Below are positions 42,691 through 52,298 of a DNA stretch of 64,000 nt, in pieces. Positions within the stretch are counted from its first letter, which is position 1; each line of letters opens with the position of its first letter. The position numbers and the translations under genes are program-made. Source of the stretch: Alphaproteobacteria bacterium (lineage in GTDB: Bacteria > Pseudomonadota > Alphaproteobacteria > UBA6615); NCBI GenBank assembly GCA_038117045.1, contig JAYOFE010000009.1, positions 78,086 to 142,085 on the forward strand, written 5' to 3'. The notes under the pieces were generated by a model. That model saw only the letters and a list, made by a program, of their open reading frames with translations, did not search any database and was not told where the DNA came from.

Positions 42691-43200
42691 ATGACCGACG
42701 ACCAGATGCGATATGATCGGATGGTGGAAACAGCCCTTCGCGCCGTGGTGCGCGAGGCGTTGGAGCATGCGCGCGACGAGGGCCTTCCCGGCGAGCACCA
42801 TTTCTACCTGACCTTCCGTACGACGGCGCCGGGTGTGTCGATCCCCGATTATCTCCACGACCAGTATCCCGAGGAGATGACGATCGTCCTGCAGCACCAG
42901 TTCTGGGACCTCATCGTAGCGGATGACCATTTCTCCGTCACACTGAGCTTCAAGAACCGGCCCGCAGAGTTGCGCATCCCCTATTCCGCGCTGTCGGCCT
43001 TCGTCGATCCGTCCGTCAAGTTCGGGCTCCAGTTCACCGTCGACACGACGGGCACCGTTACCGTTCCGGCCATCCGGCCCGAGGGCGACCTCGTACCGAT
43101 GACAGACGACAATGACGAAGATACGGCCCGGAGCGCCAACGAAGACGGCGAGAAGGACGGCGCGGAAGTCGTCAACCTCGACCAGTTCCGCAAGAAATAG
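42691..43200 (+). CDS. sspB: ClpXP adaptor SspB (alpha-type)
   Basis: 169 aa. GEHHFYLTFRTT...EEMTIVLQHQFWDL matches the SspB substrate-binding fold pattern. A low-complexity acidic linker follows. The C-terminal LDQFRKK resembles the ClpX-binding tail. Confidence 0.8.
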   Translation: MTDDQMRYDRMVETALRAVVREALEHARDEGLPGEHHFYLTFRTTAPGVSIPDYLHDQYPEEMTIVLQHQFWDLIVADDHFSVTLSFKNRPAELRIPYSALSAFVDPSVKFGLQFTVDTTGTVTVPAIRPEGDLVPMTDDNDEDTARSANEDGEKDGAEVVNLDQFRKK

Positions 43201-43212
43201 CTTTCCCCCGGT

Positions 43213-43617
43213 ATGGAAGACGGCGGCAGCTTTGCCGAACACGTGCTCGACCTGATCGTGCGCGTCGGTCCGCCGTTTGATACCTGCGCAAGACTGCGCC
43301 GCATGTTCGGCGGCCACGGCATCTTCTGCGACGGTGTGATGTTCGCCCTGATCTCGGACGATACGCTCTATTTCAAGGCCGATGACAACACGAAGCCGGC
43401 GTTCCTCGATGCCGGGTCGCTGCCCTTCACCTATGAAAAGGCCGGCCGCGAGATCGAGCTGTCCTACCTGACCGTCCCCGACGAGGCGGGTGAGGATGTC
43501 GAGGAGTTGCGGAACTGGGCGCATATGGCGCTCGCGGCCGCAAACCGGGCACACGCCAAGATACCGAACCTGGCCGCAGGAAAACCTGCGAAACCACGCA
43601 ACAACAAACGTTCCTGA
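43213..43617 (+). CDS. TfoX/Sxy N-terminal-domain protein
   Basis: 134 aa. The RLRRMFGGHGIFCDGVMFALISDDTLYFKAD segment is the TfoX_N signature. No TfoX C-terminal domain is present. Confidence 0.65.
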   Translation: MEDGGSFAEHVLDLIVRVGPPFDTCARLRRMFGGHGIFCDGVMFALISDDTLYFKADDNTKPAFLDAGSLPFTYEKAGREIELSYLTVPDEAGEDVEELRNWAHMALAAANRAHAKIPNLAAGKPAKPRNNKRS

Positions 43618-43693
43618 ATAGACCTTTACCTGCGCGTGGCGGCGACCATAATGCGCGCCGACCGTCATAGCGTGCCGACAAGGAAAGCCAGAA

Positions 43694-45088
43694 ATGAGCG
43701 ACAACACACGAATCGAATCCGACACCATGGGCGAGGTCGCCGTTCCGGCCGACAAGTACTGGGGTGCGCAGACACAGCGCAGCATCGAGAACTTCCCCAT
43801 CGGCGACGATCGCATGCCGACCGCGCTGGTGCGCGCACTGGGCATCCAGAAACAGGCCTCCGCGAAGGCCAATCTGGCGCTCGGCCAGCTCGACGCAGAA
43901 GTCGCCAACGCCATCGTCAGCGCCGCACAGGAAGTGATCGATGGCAAGCTCGACGACAACTTCCCGCTGGTCGTGTGGCAGACCGGTTCCGGCACCCAGT
44001 CGAACATGAACGCCAACGAGGTGATCGCAAACCGCGCCAACGAGATGCTGGGCGGCAAGCCCGGCGACAAGTCGCCGGTCCACCCGAACGATTCGGTGAA
44101 CCGCAGCCAGTCTTCGAACGACTCCTTCCCAGCGGCGATGCACATCGCCGCGGTGGTCGAGTTCTCCGACCGCCTGCTGCCGTCGCTGCACCACCTGAAG
44201 GATGCGCTGGACGCCAAGTCGAAGGAATTCAGCGATATCATCAAGATCGGCCGCACCCACACCCAGGACGCGACCCCGCTGACCCTGGGCCAGGAGTTCT
44301 CGGGCTATGTGGCGCAAATGGAAGGCGTGATTGCGGGGATCGAGCGCTCCATGCCTGACCTTCTGCAACTCGCCCAGGGCGGCACCGCGGTGGGCACCGG
44401 CCTAAACACGGCCAAGGGCTTCGCAGAGAAGTTCGCCGAGGAAGTCGCCGGTATCACCGGCAAGCCGTTCGTGACCATGCCAAACAAGTTCGCGGGCCTC
44501 GCCGCCCACGACGCGCTGGTCGCGGCATCGGGCGCGCTGAATGTCGGCGCGGCAGCGGCGATGAAGATCGCCAACGATATCCGCTTCCTGGGTTCCGGCC
44601 CGCGCAGCGGAATCGGCGAGCTGGCGCTGCCGGCAAACGAGCCGGGCTCGTCAATCATGCCGGGCAAGGTGAACCCCACCCAGTGCGAGTCGCTGACCAT
44701 GGTCGCGGCCGAGGTGATGGGCAATCACGTCGCCGTCACGGTGGCAGGCAGCAACGGCCATTTCGAGCTGAACGTCTTCAAGCCGGTCATCATCTTCAAC
44801 GTGCTGCGTTCGGCACGCCTGCTGGGCGACGCCTGCCGGAGCTTCGCGGATCGCTGCGTTGTCGGCATCGAGGCAAACCGCGACCGGATCGGGGAACTGA
44901 TGGCCCAGTCGCTCATGCTGGTGACCGCGCTGAACCCGCATATCGGCTACGACAACGCCGCAAAAGTCGCAAAAAAGGCATTTGCAGACGGGAGTACCCT
45001 AAAAGCCGCTGCAATTGAGTTGGGCCTGCTCACGGACGAGCAGTATGATGAGTGGGTGAAGCCGGAGAACATGATCGCCCCCTCGTGA
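43694..45088 (+). CDS. fumC: class II fumarate hydratase
   Basis: 464 aa. The N-terminus [23 protein letters not shown] and the [15 protein letters not shown] signature are present. Confidence 0.95.
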   Translation: MSDNTRIESDTMGEVAVPADKYWGAQTQRSIENFPIGDDRMPTALVRALGIQKQASAKANLALGQLDAEVANAIVSAAQEVIDGKLDDNFPLVVWQTGSGTQSNMNANEVIANRANEMLGGKPGDKSPVHPNDSVNRSQSSNDSFPAAMHIAAVVEFSDRLLPSLHHLKDALDAKSKEFSDIIKIGRTHTQDATPLTLGQEFSGYVAQMEGVIAGIERSMPDLLQLAQGGTAVGTGLNTAKGFAEKFAEEVAGITGKPFVTMPNKFAGLAAHDALVAASGALNVGAAAAMKIANDIRFLGSGPRSGIGELALPANEPGSSIMPGKVNPTQCESLTMVAAEVMGNHVAVTVAGSNGHFELNVFKPVIIFNVLRSARLLGDACRSFADRCVVGIEANRDRIGELMAQSLMLVTALNPHIGYDNAAKVAKKAFADGSTLKAAAIELGLLTDEQYDEWVKPENMIAPS

Positions 45089-45140
45089 TGCGCACACCGG
45101 CGTTTTCCTCACGAGCACTCACAGCCCGAGGACATCCGCA

Positions 45141-45380
45141 TTGATGGAAAGCATCATCGACAGCCTGCCCCGGCAATCGGCGAACAAGAAACGTTCGGTC
45201 GTCGTGGCAGGCCATCGCACCAGCGTGTCGCTGGAGAATGTGTTCTGGGATCACTTGCGCAAGATGGCCCGTGATCGGCGCATATCGGTCAACGAACTGG
45301 TGACCGAGATCGACCGCGCGCGTGACGGCAGCCTGTCCAGCGCCATCCGCGTTTTCGTCCTCGAAGACCTTCGGCGCTAG
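45141..45380 (+). CDS. ribbon-helix-helix domain protein
   Basis: 79 aa with an Arc/CopG-like pattern (RSVVVAGHRTSVSLENVFWDHLRKMARDRRISVNELVTEID). It has no partner toxin gene. Its stop overlaps the convergent asmA stop. Confidence 0.5.
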   Translation: MMESIIDSLPRQSANKKRSVVVAGHRTSVSLENVFWDHLRKMARDRRISVNELVTEIDRARDGSLSSAIRVFVLEDLRR

Positions 45381-48300
45381 CGCCGGATCAGCCTTTCCAG
45401 CAGGTTCTTGAACTGATCGGCCGGCTTGGCCGGCTCGCTCGACGTCTGACCGTCCGCAGGCTGCTGCTGGCTGCTGCCGGGCAGTAGCTTGCGCAGCACC
45501 GTGCCGGCCGCCTTGCCCGCGACGTACTGGTTGATCTCGTTCACATTGACCAGCCGCGTGTTTGGCGCGTCCACCGGGCCCTTCTGCTCGACGACGACAC
45601 CGGGGAAATCCGTGTGCGCCGGGAAAGAGGCCTTCGCCTGAATATCGACCAGCCATGCCGGGAGGTTGGTCGTCCCGGCAAAGGTAACGTTCGCGCATTC
45701 GGGATTGAGCTGCTGCTGCGGCAGTGTGGCAATGCCGTTGGCGATATCGAACCGGCCGTTGAAGTTGTCGATCTTTGTCTGACCGCCCTGCGCCGACGCG
45801 GCAAGGCCGAGGAAGCCCTGCAGGCCGTTCAGGTGGTCGAGCTGGTTGCTGATACGGCACACGTCGATGCCATCGACCACGGCGTTGGTGAATGTCATCG
45901 CGCCCTTGCCGGCCAGGTTCGAGATCATCTCGAACTCGCTGCGCCCGCGCGAGGAGACATCCATGTCCGCGCCGAGCGTGCCGGCGACCAGGTTCACATT
46001 TGAAACCGGGAACAGCAGTTCCAGCGCCGACATCACGCCCTTGTCGCCGCCGCTGGATGCACCGCCCAGGAACTTGGCGGCATCGGCACCCTCGACCTTC
46101 AACGCATAGCGCATGGTCGGAATTTCCCGGTCCGCGACCTGTGCCGTCATCCCGAACCCGCCGCCGAACGCCTTGCCTGACAACTGGTTGAGATCCAGCA
46201 CACCGTCCTTCACTGTCAGCGCGAGTTGCGGCTGGTCAACCTTGATATCGGTGTAGGTGATGGCCGGCGCGGACAACTTGATGTCCGCATCTGCGGTGCG
46301 CAGCGCGGAGAGGTCGAGGCGTTCACGCGACCAGCGCTCGCCGCCCCCGCCAGCACCACCGGACGAACGCCCGCCGAGTGCAGCGGCTCCGCCACCGGAT
46401 GACCCCGAGGCCGGACGGTTCGCCGACGCGACCGGCAGGAACCAGTCGACGATGATCTCGCTTGTGTTCAGTTCAGCCGTCAGCGCGGGACGCACGCCAC
46501 CGGTCGCGAGCCGCCCGGTGCCCGAGTAGCTGACCGGACCCGCCTTGCCTTCCAGCTTCGACAGCGTGACCAGGTTCGGCTGGAGCGCGATTTCGGACTT
46601 GAGGGAGAACGGCCCGGCCTGGGCGAGCGCCGGACGGTAGTCATTGGCGAAGGTCCGCACGAAGGAGACCATGTCCGGGTGGTTAATCCCCAGGGTCACG
46701 GCACCCGTCGGCGCGCCGGCGGCAATGTTTTCCAGACGGCCATCGATGTCGATGCTGCCCTCGCCGATGCCGATATTGGCCGCCAGGTCGGACGCGTTGA
46801 GGTCGCCCTTCGCGGTCACGGCAGCGGCTAGCGCTCCCGTCTTCACGCCGCGCGCGCCGGCATCCCCGCCGAGCCGCGCAAAGAATGCCGAGGCATCCGG
46901 GTGCTTCAGGTCGAGCGTCAGGTCGTAGCGCGGCGGCGCGGCCAGGGCCGCGACCGTGCCGGTGGCCTTCAGGCTTGCGCCCAGCGCCTGCAGCGTGGTG
47001 TCGATATCAAGGTTCTGGAGGTCACCCCGGAAGGTGCCATCGAGCTTGCCGGAACCGATCGGCGCCGGCGGCGTGACACCGGCAAGTGCCAGCAACGCAT
47101 CCGCGTCGGGCGCATCGATGCCGACGGTCAGGTCTGCCGAAGGTGCGCCATCGAGGCCGCTCACCCGGCCCTTGGCCGAGACCTTGGCGCCCTCGACGCT
47201 GGCCACCGACACGTCACGCAATTCGAGCATCCCGCCCTGAAGTGTGCTGTCCAGGTTGATCCCGCGCAGGCGCTGGCCCTGATAGGTCAGCTTGCCAACC
47301 TTGAGCTGCAGGATCGCATCGAACGCGTTCAGGGCAGCCAGCGGCGACCCGCCGCCCGAAGCCGGCGTACCGGCGGCACCGCCCGAACCAGCCGCGCCGC
47401 CTGCCGGCGCTGCGGCGGCAGCGGGGGCCGCGTCGGAAGACGGCAGATATGCATCGGCATTGAACTTGTCGAGCGACAGGCCGATACCGAATCCCGGGCG
47501 CTCGCGCAGCGCGATCGCGACCCCGCCGCGCAGGCGCGAGACATCGACACTCACGTCGATGTCGGTCAGCGTCACATTTACCGGTGTCGCGGACACGGAC
47601 ATCGAGCCCGCCATCTTGCGCAGGCGGTCCGGCGGCACGCTGGAGACATCCGTGCCCGCCCATGTCATCAGCGCGCGGAGATTGTCGGACGACATTTCCA
47701 CCTGGCCGTCGAACTTGGGACCGGCCGGGTCGGGCGTGACGAGACCGACAAGGTTCGCGGAGGATCCGCCGGGAAGCTGGGCCGAGGCGCGTGAAATGTT
47801 CACGGCACCCTGGGCGACTTCCGCGTTCAGGAGGACCTGCCGCACGACCCCTCTGCGATACACGAGCGTATCGATCTTGGTTTCCAGGCTGGCGGAAATA
47901 TTGGCGGGGATCGCGAAGCCGCTCTCGGTCTTTTCCGCCGACGCGGGCGCAGGGGCCGCGGATTTCTTGCCGGACGGGGCCGTGCCGGACGCACCGGCCG
48001 GAGCAGTACCGTTGGTCTCCGCCAGCAGCCGGTCGAGGTCGAGCTGCTGCATGTTGAAGACGACATTGGCGGTGATGTCCTTGCCCAGCTTCACGTCCAC
48101 GGCGCCGGTCGCGGAATCGTCCCCGAGGCGAAGTGCCAGGTCATTGACCGTTAAGGCCGCCGCGCTCGCGGTCACGGTTCCGTCAAGTTCGAGGGACTTG
48201 CCCCGCAGGGCCGGCGGGGCTGCCCCGTCCGACAGGCTGGAAATCATCGCGGACAGGTCGTCGGCGCGCACTTCGAGGCGGCCGGACACGCGCGGTGACT

Positions 48301-49147
48301 CGCCGGCATCGGAGAACACGCCGGAATAGGAAATCTTCGCACCGGCCGTCGAGACCTGGGTGTTGATCGGGGTCGCCTTGCCGGAGACGAGTTCGCCGAC
48401 CGCCGCATTCAGGGCAATATCGAAGCCGCGCGCGTTCAGCGAACCGTCAGCGCGGAACGGGCCCGTCAGGCTGCCTGCACCCAGCTTCACGTTGATGTTA
48501 CCGACCTGCTCTTTCTGGTCGGGCGTGGCGTAGATCAGGGTGCCGTCGACAATCTCGACATCGTCGAGGCGGATCGGCGGCGTACCGGAACTGCTTTCGG
48601 CTCCTTCCGACGTGGCAGATGCGTTGCCGGCAGCCGCGCTATCGTCCACCGCGGGGGCAAAGGTCCAGTTGTTGGTGCCGTCGGCATACTGCTCGAGCAG
48701 GATCACCGGCTTGCGCAGAACCACCCGGGTGACCTGAACGTCACCGGAGATCAGCGGCAGGAGCGCAACCTCGACGGTGGCTCCATCAAGACTGATCATG
48801 TCCGGCGCAGAGCCCTGGCCGGTATTGGACAGCTTCACGCCCGAAGCCGAGACACCGGGTGCCGGGAGAAGCCGAAAGTTGAGTGCGCCGTCGATGGCGA
48901 GTGTGCGCCCGGTGGCCTTGCGAACTTCCGACGCGATGTCCGCCTTGATCGAATCTGTGGGAACCAGAAGCGGCCCGGCAAAGGCCACCCCCACGAGAAG
49001 GACCACAAGAATTCCCAGACCGATAAGTAGCTTTCGCACGTCGATATGTCTCCAGAACGGCGCAATGCGGCGGCGAATAACCGCCAGAAACCGGGGCTTT
49101 CGCATCCACATCGCTGCCCCCACAAAATAGTGGATCGTACGAGACAT
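45377..49147 (-). CDS. asmA: AsmA family outer-membrane biogenesis protein (giant)
   Basis: About 1256 aa. An N-terminal TM anchor (LLIGLGILVVLLVGVAFAGPLLV) and an AsmA N-domain are present. There are long Ala/Gly/Ser-rich repeats and a C-terminal AsmA_2-like region. The alternative start at 49111 (MWMRK) is possible. Confidence 0.8.
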   Translation of the reverse strand: MSRTIHYFVGAAMWMRKPRFLAVIRRRIAPFWRHIDVRKLLIGLGILVVLLVGVAFAGPLLVPTDSIKADIASEVRKATGRTLAIDGALNFRLLPAPGVSASGVKLSNTGQGSAPDMISLDGATVEVALLPLISGDVQVTRVVLRKPVILLEQYADGTNNWTFAPAVDDSAAAGNASATSEGAESSSGTPPIRLDDVEIVDGTLIYATPDQKEQVGNINVKLGAGSLTGPFRADGSLNARGFDIALNAAVGELVSGKATPINTQVSTAGAKISYSGVFSDAGESPRVSGRLEVRADDLSAMISSLSDGAAPPALRGKSLELDGTVTASAAALTVNDLALRLGDDSATGAVDVKLGKDITANVVFNMQQLDLDRLLAETNGTAPAGASGTAPSGKKSAAPAPASAEKTESGFAIPANISASLETKIDTLVYRRGVVRQVLLNAEVAQGAVNISRASAQLPGGSSANLVGLVTPDPAGPKFDGQVEMSSDNLRALMTWAGTDVSSVPPDRLRKMAGSMSVSATPVNVTLTDIDVSVDVSRLRGGVAIALRERPGFGIGLSLDKFNADAYLPSSDAAPAAAAAPAGGAAGSGGAAGTPASGGGSPLAALNAFDAILQLKVGKLTYQGQRLRGINLDSTLQGGMLELRDVSVASVEGAKVSAKGRVSGLDGAPSADLTVGIDAPDADALLALAGVTPPAPIGSGKLDGTFRGDLQNLDIDTTLQALGASLKATGTVAALAAPPRYDLTLDLKHPDASAFFARLGGDAGARGVKTGALAAAVTAKGDLNASDLAANIGIGEGSIDIDGRLENIAAGAPTGAVTLGINHPDMVSFVRTFANDYRPALAQAGPFSLKSEIALQPNLVTLSKLEGKAGPVSYSGTGRLATGGVRPALTAELNTSEIIVDWFLPVASANRPASGSSGGGAAALGGRSSGGAGGGGERWSRERLDLSALRTADADIKLSAPAITYTDIKVDQPQLALTVKDGVLDLNQLSGKAFGGGFGMTAQVADREIPTMRYALKVEGADAAKFLGGASSGGDKGVMSALELLFPVSNVNLVAGTLGADMDVSSRGRSEFEMISNLAGKGAMTFTNAVVDGIDVCRISNQLDHLNGLQGFLGLAASAQGGQTKIDNFNGRFDIANGIATLPQQQLNPECANVTFAGTTNLPAWLVDIQAKASFPAHTDFPGVVVEQKGPVDAPNTRLVNVNEINQYVAGKAAGTVLRKLLPGSSQQQPADGQTSSEPAKPADQFKNLLERLIRR

Positions 49148-49247
49148 GCGCAAATCGCCCATTGCGTCAGTCAAGCGCAACGATGTTGGCGAACATGTGA
49201 CGGCGCGCACAGTTGGGCAAGCCCGCATTTCGTGGCAGCGTGCCGCC

Positions 49248-50996
49248 ATGGGACGTCTTCTCAACCTTTTCACGGGCACGGTGCTGGCGCTGTCGGCCGC
49301 CACATCTGTGGCGCTCGCGCAATCGCCACAGCCGGAAGATTCGACCGGCCGCGGGGCACACCAACTGGTCCTCGCGGAACGGCACATGGTCGCCGTGGCC
49401 CATCGCGATGCGGCGGAGGCCGCGCGTACGATGTTGCGCCGGGGTGGGAGCGCGGTGGATGCGGCGATTGCCGCGCAGCTTGTCCTCAACCTCGTGGAAC
49501 CGCAGAGCTCGGGCATCGGCGGCGGTGCGTTCCTGCTCCATTACGATGCGGCGCGTGGCGAAACCGTTGCCTATGACGGCCGCGAGACGGCACCGCGGGC
49601 CGCACGCGCCGATCACTTCCTGAGACCCGACGGCGTAGCGATGTCGTTTGCGGATGCGGTCGTTGGCGGCCAGTCGGTCGCCACGCCAGGTACGATCGCG
49701 ATGCTGGCCATGGCACACGGGGAACATGGCCGCCTGCCCTGGGCGGATCTGTTTACCCCTGCCATCAAACTTGCACGCGAAGGCTTTATCGTCGGCCCGC
49801 GCCTCGCGGCGATGCTGTCCGGCCCCCGTGCCGACGCGCTGAAGTCCTTCACCGAGGCCCGCGCCTATTTCTTTCCGGACGGCGCTCCGCTCAAGGCCGG
49901 AACCCGCAAGCGCAACCCGGCCTTCGCCGACACACTTGCCCGGATCGCCGGCGAAGGGCCGTTGGCCTTCTACAGGGGCGACATTGCCCGCGATATCGTC
50001 GCCGCCGTACGGGCATCGTCAGGTCACCCCAACCTGCTGACGGAAGGCGACCTGGCCGCGTACCGGGCGGTCCGCCGCGCGCCGGTGTGCACGCTCTACC
50101 GAACCTACCGCGTTTGCGGCATGGGACCGCCGTCGTCGGGCGGGATCGCCGTCGGGCAGATCCTCGGCATCCTTGCGAACTTTGACCTGCCCGCCTTGGG
50201 GCGAGGCGCGCCGCAGAGCTGGCATCTCCTGAACGAGGCCTCGAAGCTCGCCTTCGCCGACCGCAACCGATACATCGCCGACGCGGACATGGTCCCTGTC
50301 CCGACTGAAGGCCTGCTCGATACGGGCTACCTGGAGGGGCGCGCCAAACTGATCCGGCGCGAGACATCGCTGATCCCACGTGTCCCGCCCGGCAATCCAC
50401 CCGGCGCATCTCCCCCCAGGCCGTCGGACAACCGGGACGGACGGCCCGGCACCAGCCATATCGTGGTCATCGACGATGACGGGAATGCTCTTTCCATGAC
50501 CACGACCATCGAAGGTGCCTTCGGTTCCCAGGTGATGGTACGGGGCTTCCTGCTCAACAACGAGATGACCGATTTCTCGTTCGAGCCTGAAGTGGACGGC
50601 TTGCCGGTCGCAAATGCTGTCGCACCGGGAAAGCGCCCGCGCAGTTCCATGGCCCCCACCCTCGTCTTCCACGCAGACGGCAAACTCCGGCTCGCGATTG
50701 GTTCGCCCGGCGGCAGTCGCATCATCGGCTATGTCGCACAGGCGCTGGTGGCCGTCCTCGACTGGGAAATGGATATCCAGGCCGCCATCGACTTGGGCCA
50801 CCTGACCAACCGGAACGGCTTCACGGACCTTGAGAAAGGCACGGATGCCGAGCGGCTCAAGGCGCCGCTGGAAGCCCTTGGCAACCGCGTGCAGGTCCGC
50901 GACATGAACAGCGGCCTGCACGGGATTGAGGTCGTCGGCGGACTGCTTCGCGGTGGCGCCGACCCGCGCCGTGAGGGTGTCGCACTCGGGGACTAG
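49248..50996 (+). CDS. ggt: gamma-glutamyltransferase
   Basis: About 582 aa from the MGRLLNLFTGTVLALSAATSVALA signal peptide. The catalytic Thr autoprocessing region (GTSHIVVIDDDGNA) and GGT small-subunit motifs are present. Confidence 0.9.
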   Translation: MGRLLNLFTGTVLALSAATSVALAQSPQPEDSTGRGAHQLVLAERHMVAVAHRDAAEAARTMLRRGGSAVDAAIAAQLVLNLVEPQSSGIGGGAFLLHYDAARGETVAYDGRETAPRAARADHFLRPDGVAMSFADAVVGGQSVATPGTIAMLAMAHGEHGRLPWADLFTPAIKLAREGFIVGPRLAAMLSGPRADALKSFTEARAYFFPDGAPLKAGTRKRNPAFADTLARIAGEGPLAFYRGDIARDIVAAVRASSGHPNLLTEGDLAAYRAVRRAPVCTLYRTYRVCGMGPPSSGGIAVGQILGILANFDLPALGRGAPQSWHLLNEASKLAFADRNRYIADADMVPVPTEGLLDTGYLEGRAKLIRRETSLIPRVPPGNPPGASPPRPSDNRDGRPGTSHIVVIDDDGNALSMTTTIEGAFGSQVMVRGFLLNNEMTDFSFEPEVDGLPVANAVAPGKRPRSSMAPTLVFHADGKLRLAIGSPGGSRIIGYVAQALVAVLDWEMDIQAAIDLGHLTNRNGFTDLEKGTDAERLKAPLEALGNRVQVRDMNSGLHGIEVVGGLLRGGADPRREGVALGD

Positions 50997-51005
50997 AAAC
51001 CAGGA

Positions 51006-52223
51006 CTAGAACGGCGACGAGGCCGGATCGGGACGCCCGACCCGCGTCAGGAACACCGAGCAGACAAAGGCCAGCACGGACGCGGACAGCATCACCACGG
51101 CCATCGGCAGGGGTGTGTTGTCCTGCACCATGCCGGCGAGCTGCGCGAACCCCGCCCCGACAAGCATCTGAATGAACGCCAAAAGTCCGGATGCGGTGCC
51201 GGCAAAGCGCGGGCTGATGCTCACCGCGCCCGCCTGGGCGTTCGGCATCGCCAACCCGTTGGCGAACGCCATGCCCGCGCCGGGCAGGAAGATCGTCCAG
51301 GTCGACCACCAGTGCGCCAGGACGCATCCCAGCATGGCGAGCCCGAACAGCACGGCAAGTCCGCTGCCCAGCCGCATCATGCGGTCGAGCCCAACCCTTG
51401 CGCCGAAGCGGCCGGAGATAAAGGCACCGGCCATGAACCCGGCGGAGATCAGCACGAAGAACATGCCAAATTCCGTCGGTGGACGGCCGAGCACGTTGAT
51501 CACGACAAAGGGCGCGGCCCCTAGAAACGCCATGAACATGCCCATGCCGAAGCCGACCTGTCCGCCGTAGCCGAGGAACGCGGGCACCCGCAGCAGGACA
51601 CCAAATCCCGACAGCATGCCCCGGAAGGTCTGGACGTCCGCTCCGGGCTTCAGGGTTTCCGGCACCCTGGGCAGGGCCAGGGCCAGCACGAGGAGCCCCG
51701 CAAGGCCGGTAAAGACGAACACCGCGCGCCAGTCAAAAAAGTCGTTCAGCAGGCCGCCGATCAGCGGCGAGACCATCGGCGCCACGACCAGCGCGGTGAT
51801 CATGTAGGCCATCAGCTTTGCCGCCGTTTCGCGGTCAAAGAGGTCGCGGATGATCGCCCGCCCCAGCACCATGCCCGCAGCCCCGCCGCATGCCTGGACG
51901 ATGCGCCCGAAGATGACCGTCTCGATGGTCGATGCGAACAGCGCGATGGCGCTGCCGGCCATGAAGATGCACAACCCGGCGACCAGCACGGGCCGGCGGC
52001 CGTACCGGTCGGACATCGGCCCGTAGACGAGCGTTGCGAACGCAATCGAGAACAGCGCCAGTGACAGCGTGAACTGGACCGTGGCCGGCGACGCATCGAA
52101 ATGCTCCTGCATAACCGGCAGGATCGGCAAAACGATCTGCATCGACAGCGGACCCAGTGCGGCGATCACCGCCAGGACGGCGATCAGCGCACCGGGACGC
52201 GGAATGTTGTCTGGCTTGGTCAC
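51006..52223 (-). CDS. MFS transporter, Bcr/CflA drug-resistance subfamily
   Basis: 405 aa with 12 TM segments. The N-terminal pattern MQIVLPILPVMQEHFDASPATVQFTLSLALFSIAFATLVYGPMSDRYGRRPVL matches Bcr/CflA. Confidence 0.85.
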   Translation of the reverse strand: MTKPDNIPRPGALIAVLAVIAALGPLSMQIVLPILPVMQEHFDASPATVQFTLSLALFSIAFATLVYGPMSDRYGRRPVLVAGLCIFMAGSAIALFASTIETVIFGRIVQACGGAAGMVLGRAIIRDLFDRETAAKLMAYMITALVVAPMVSPLIGGLLNDFFDWRAVFVFTGLAGLLVLALALPRVPETLKPGADVQTFRGMLSGFGVLLRVPAFLGYGGQVGFGMGMFMAFLGAAPFVVINVLGRPPTEFGMFFVLISAGFMAGAFISGRFGARVGLDRMMRLGSGLAVLFGLAMLGCVLAHWWSTWTIFLPGAGMAFANGLAMPNAQAGAVSISPRFAGTASGLLAFIQMLVGAGFAQLAGMVQDNTPLPMAVVMLSASVLAFVCSVFLTRVGRPDPASSPF

Positions 52224-52298
52224 TTGGGCAGCGTCCGGCAGCTCGGGCTTACTTGAAGCCCGCGCATACGGCGAAATGGGCCGAAGGTAAAGGGCCGG

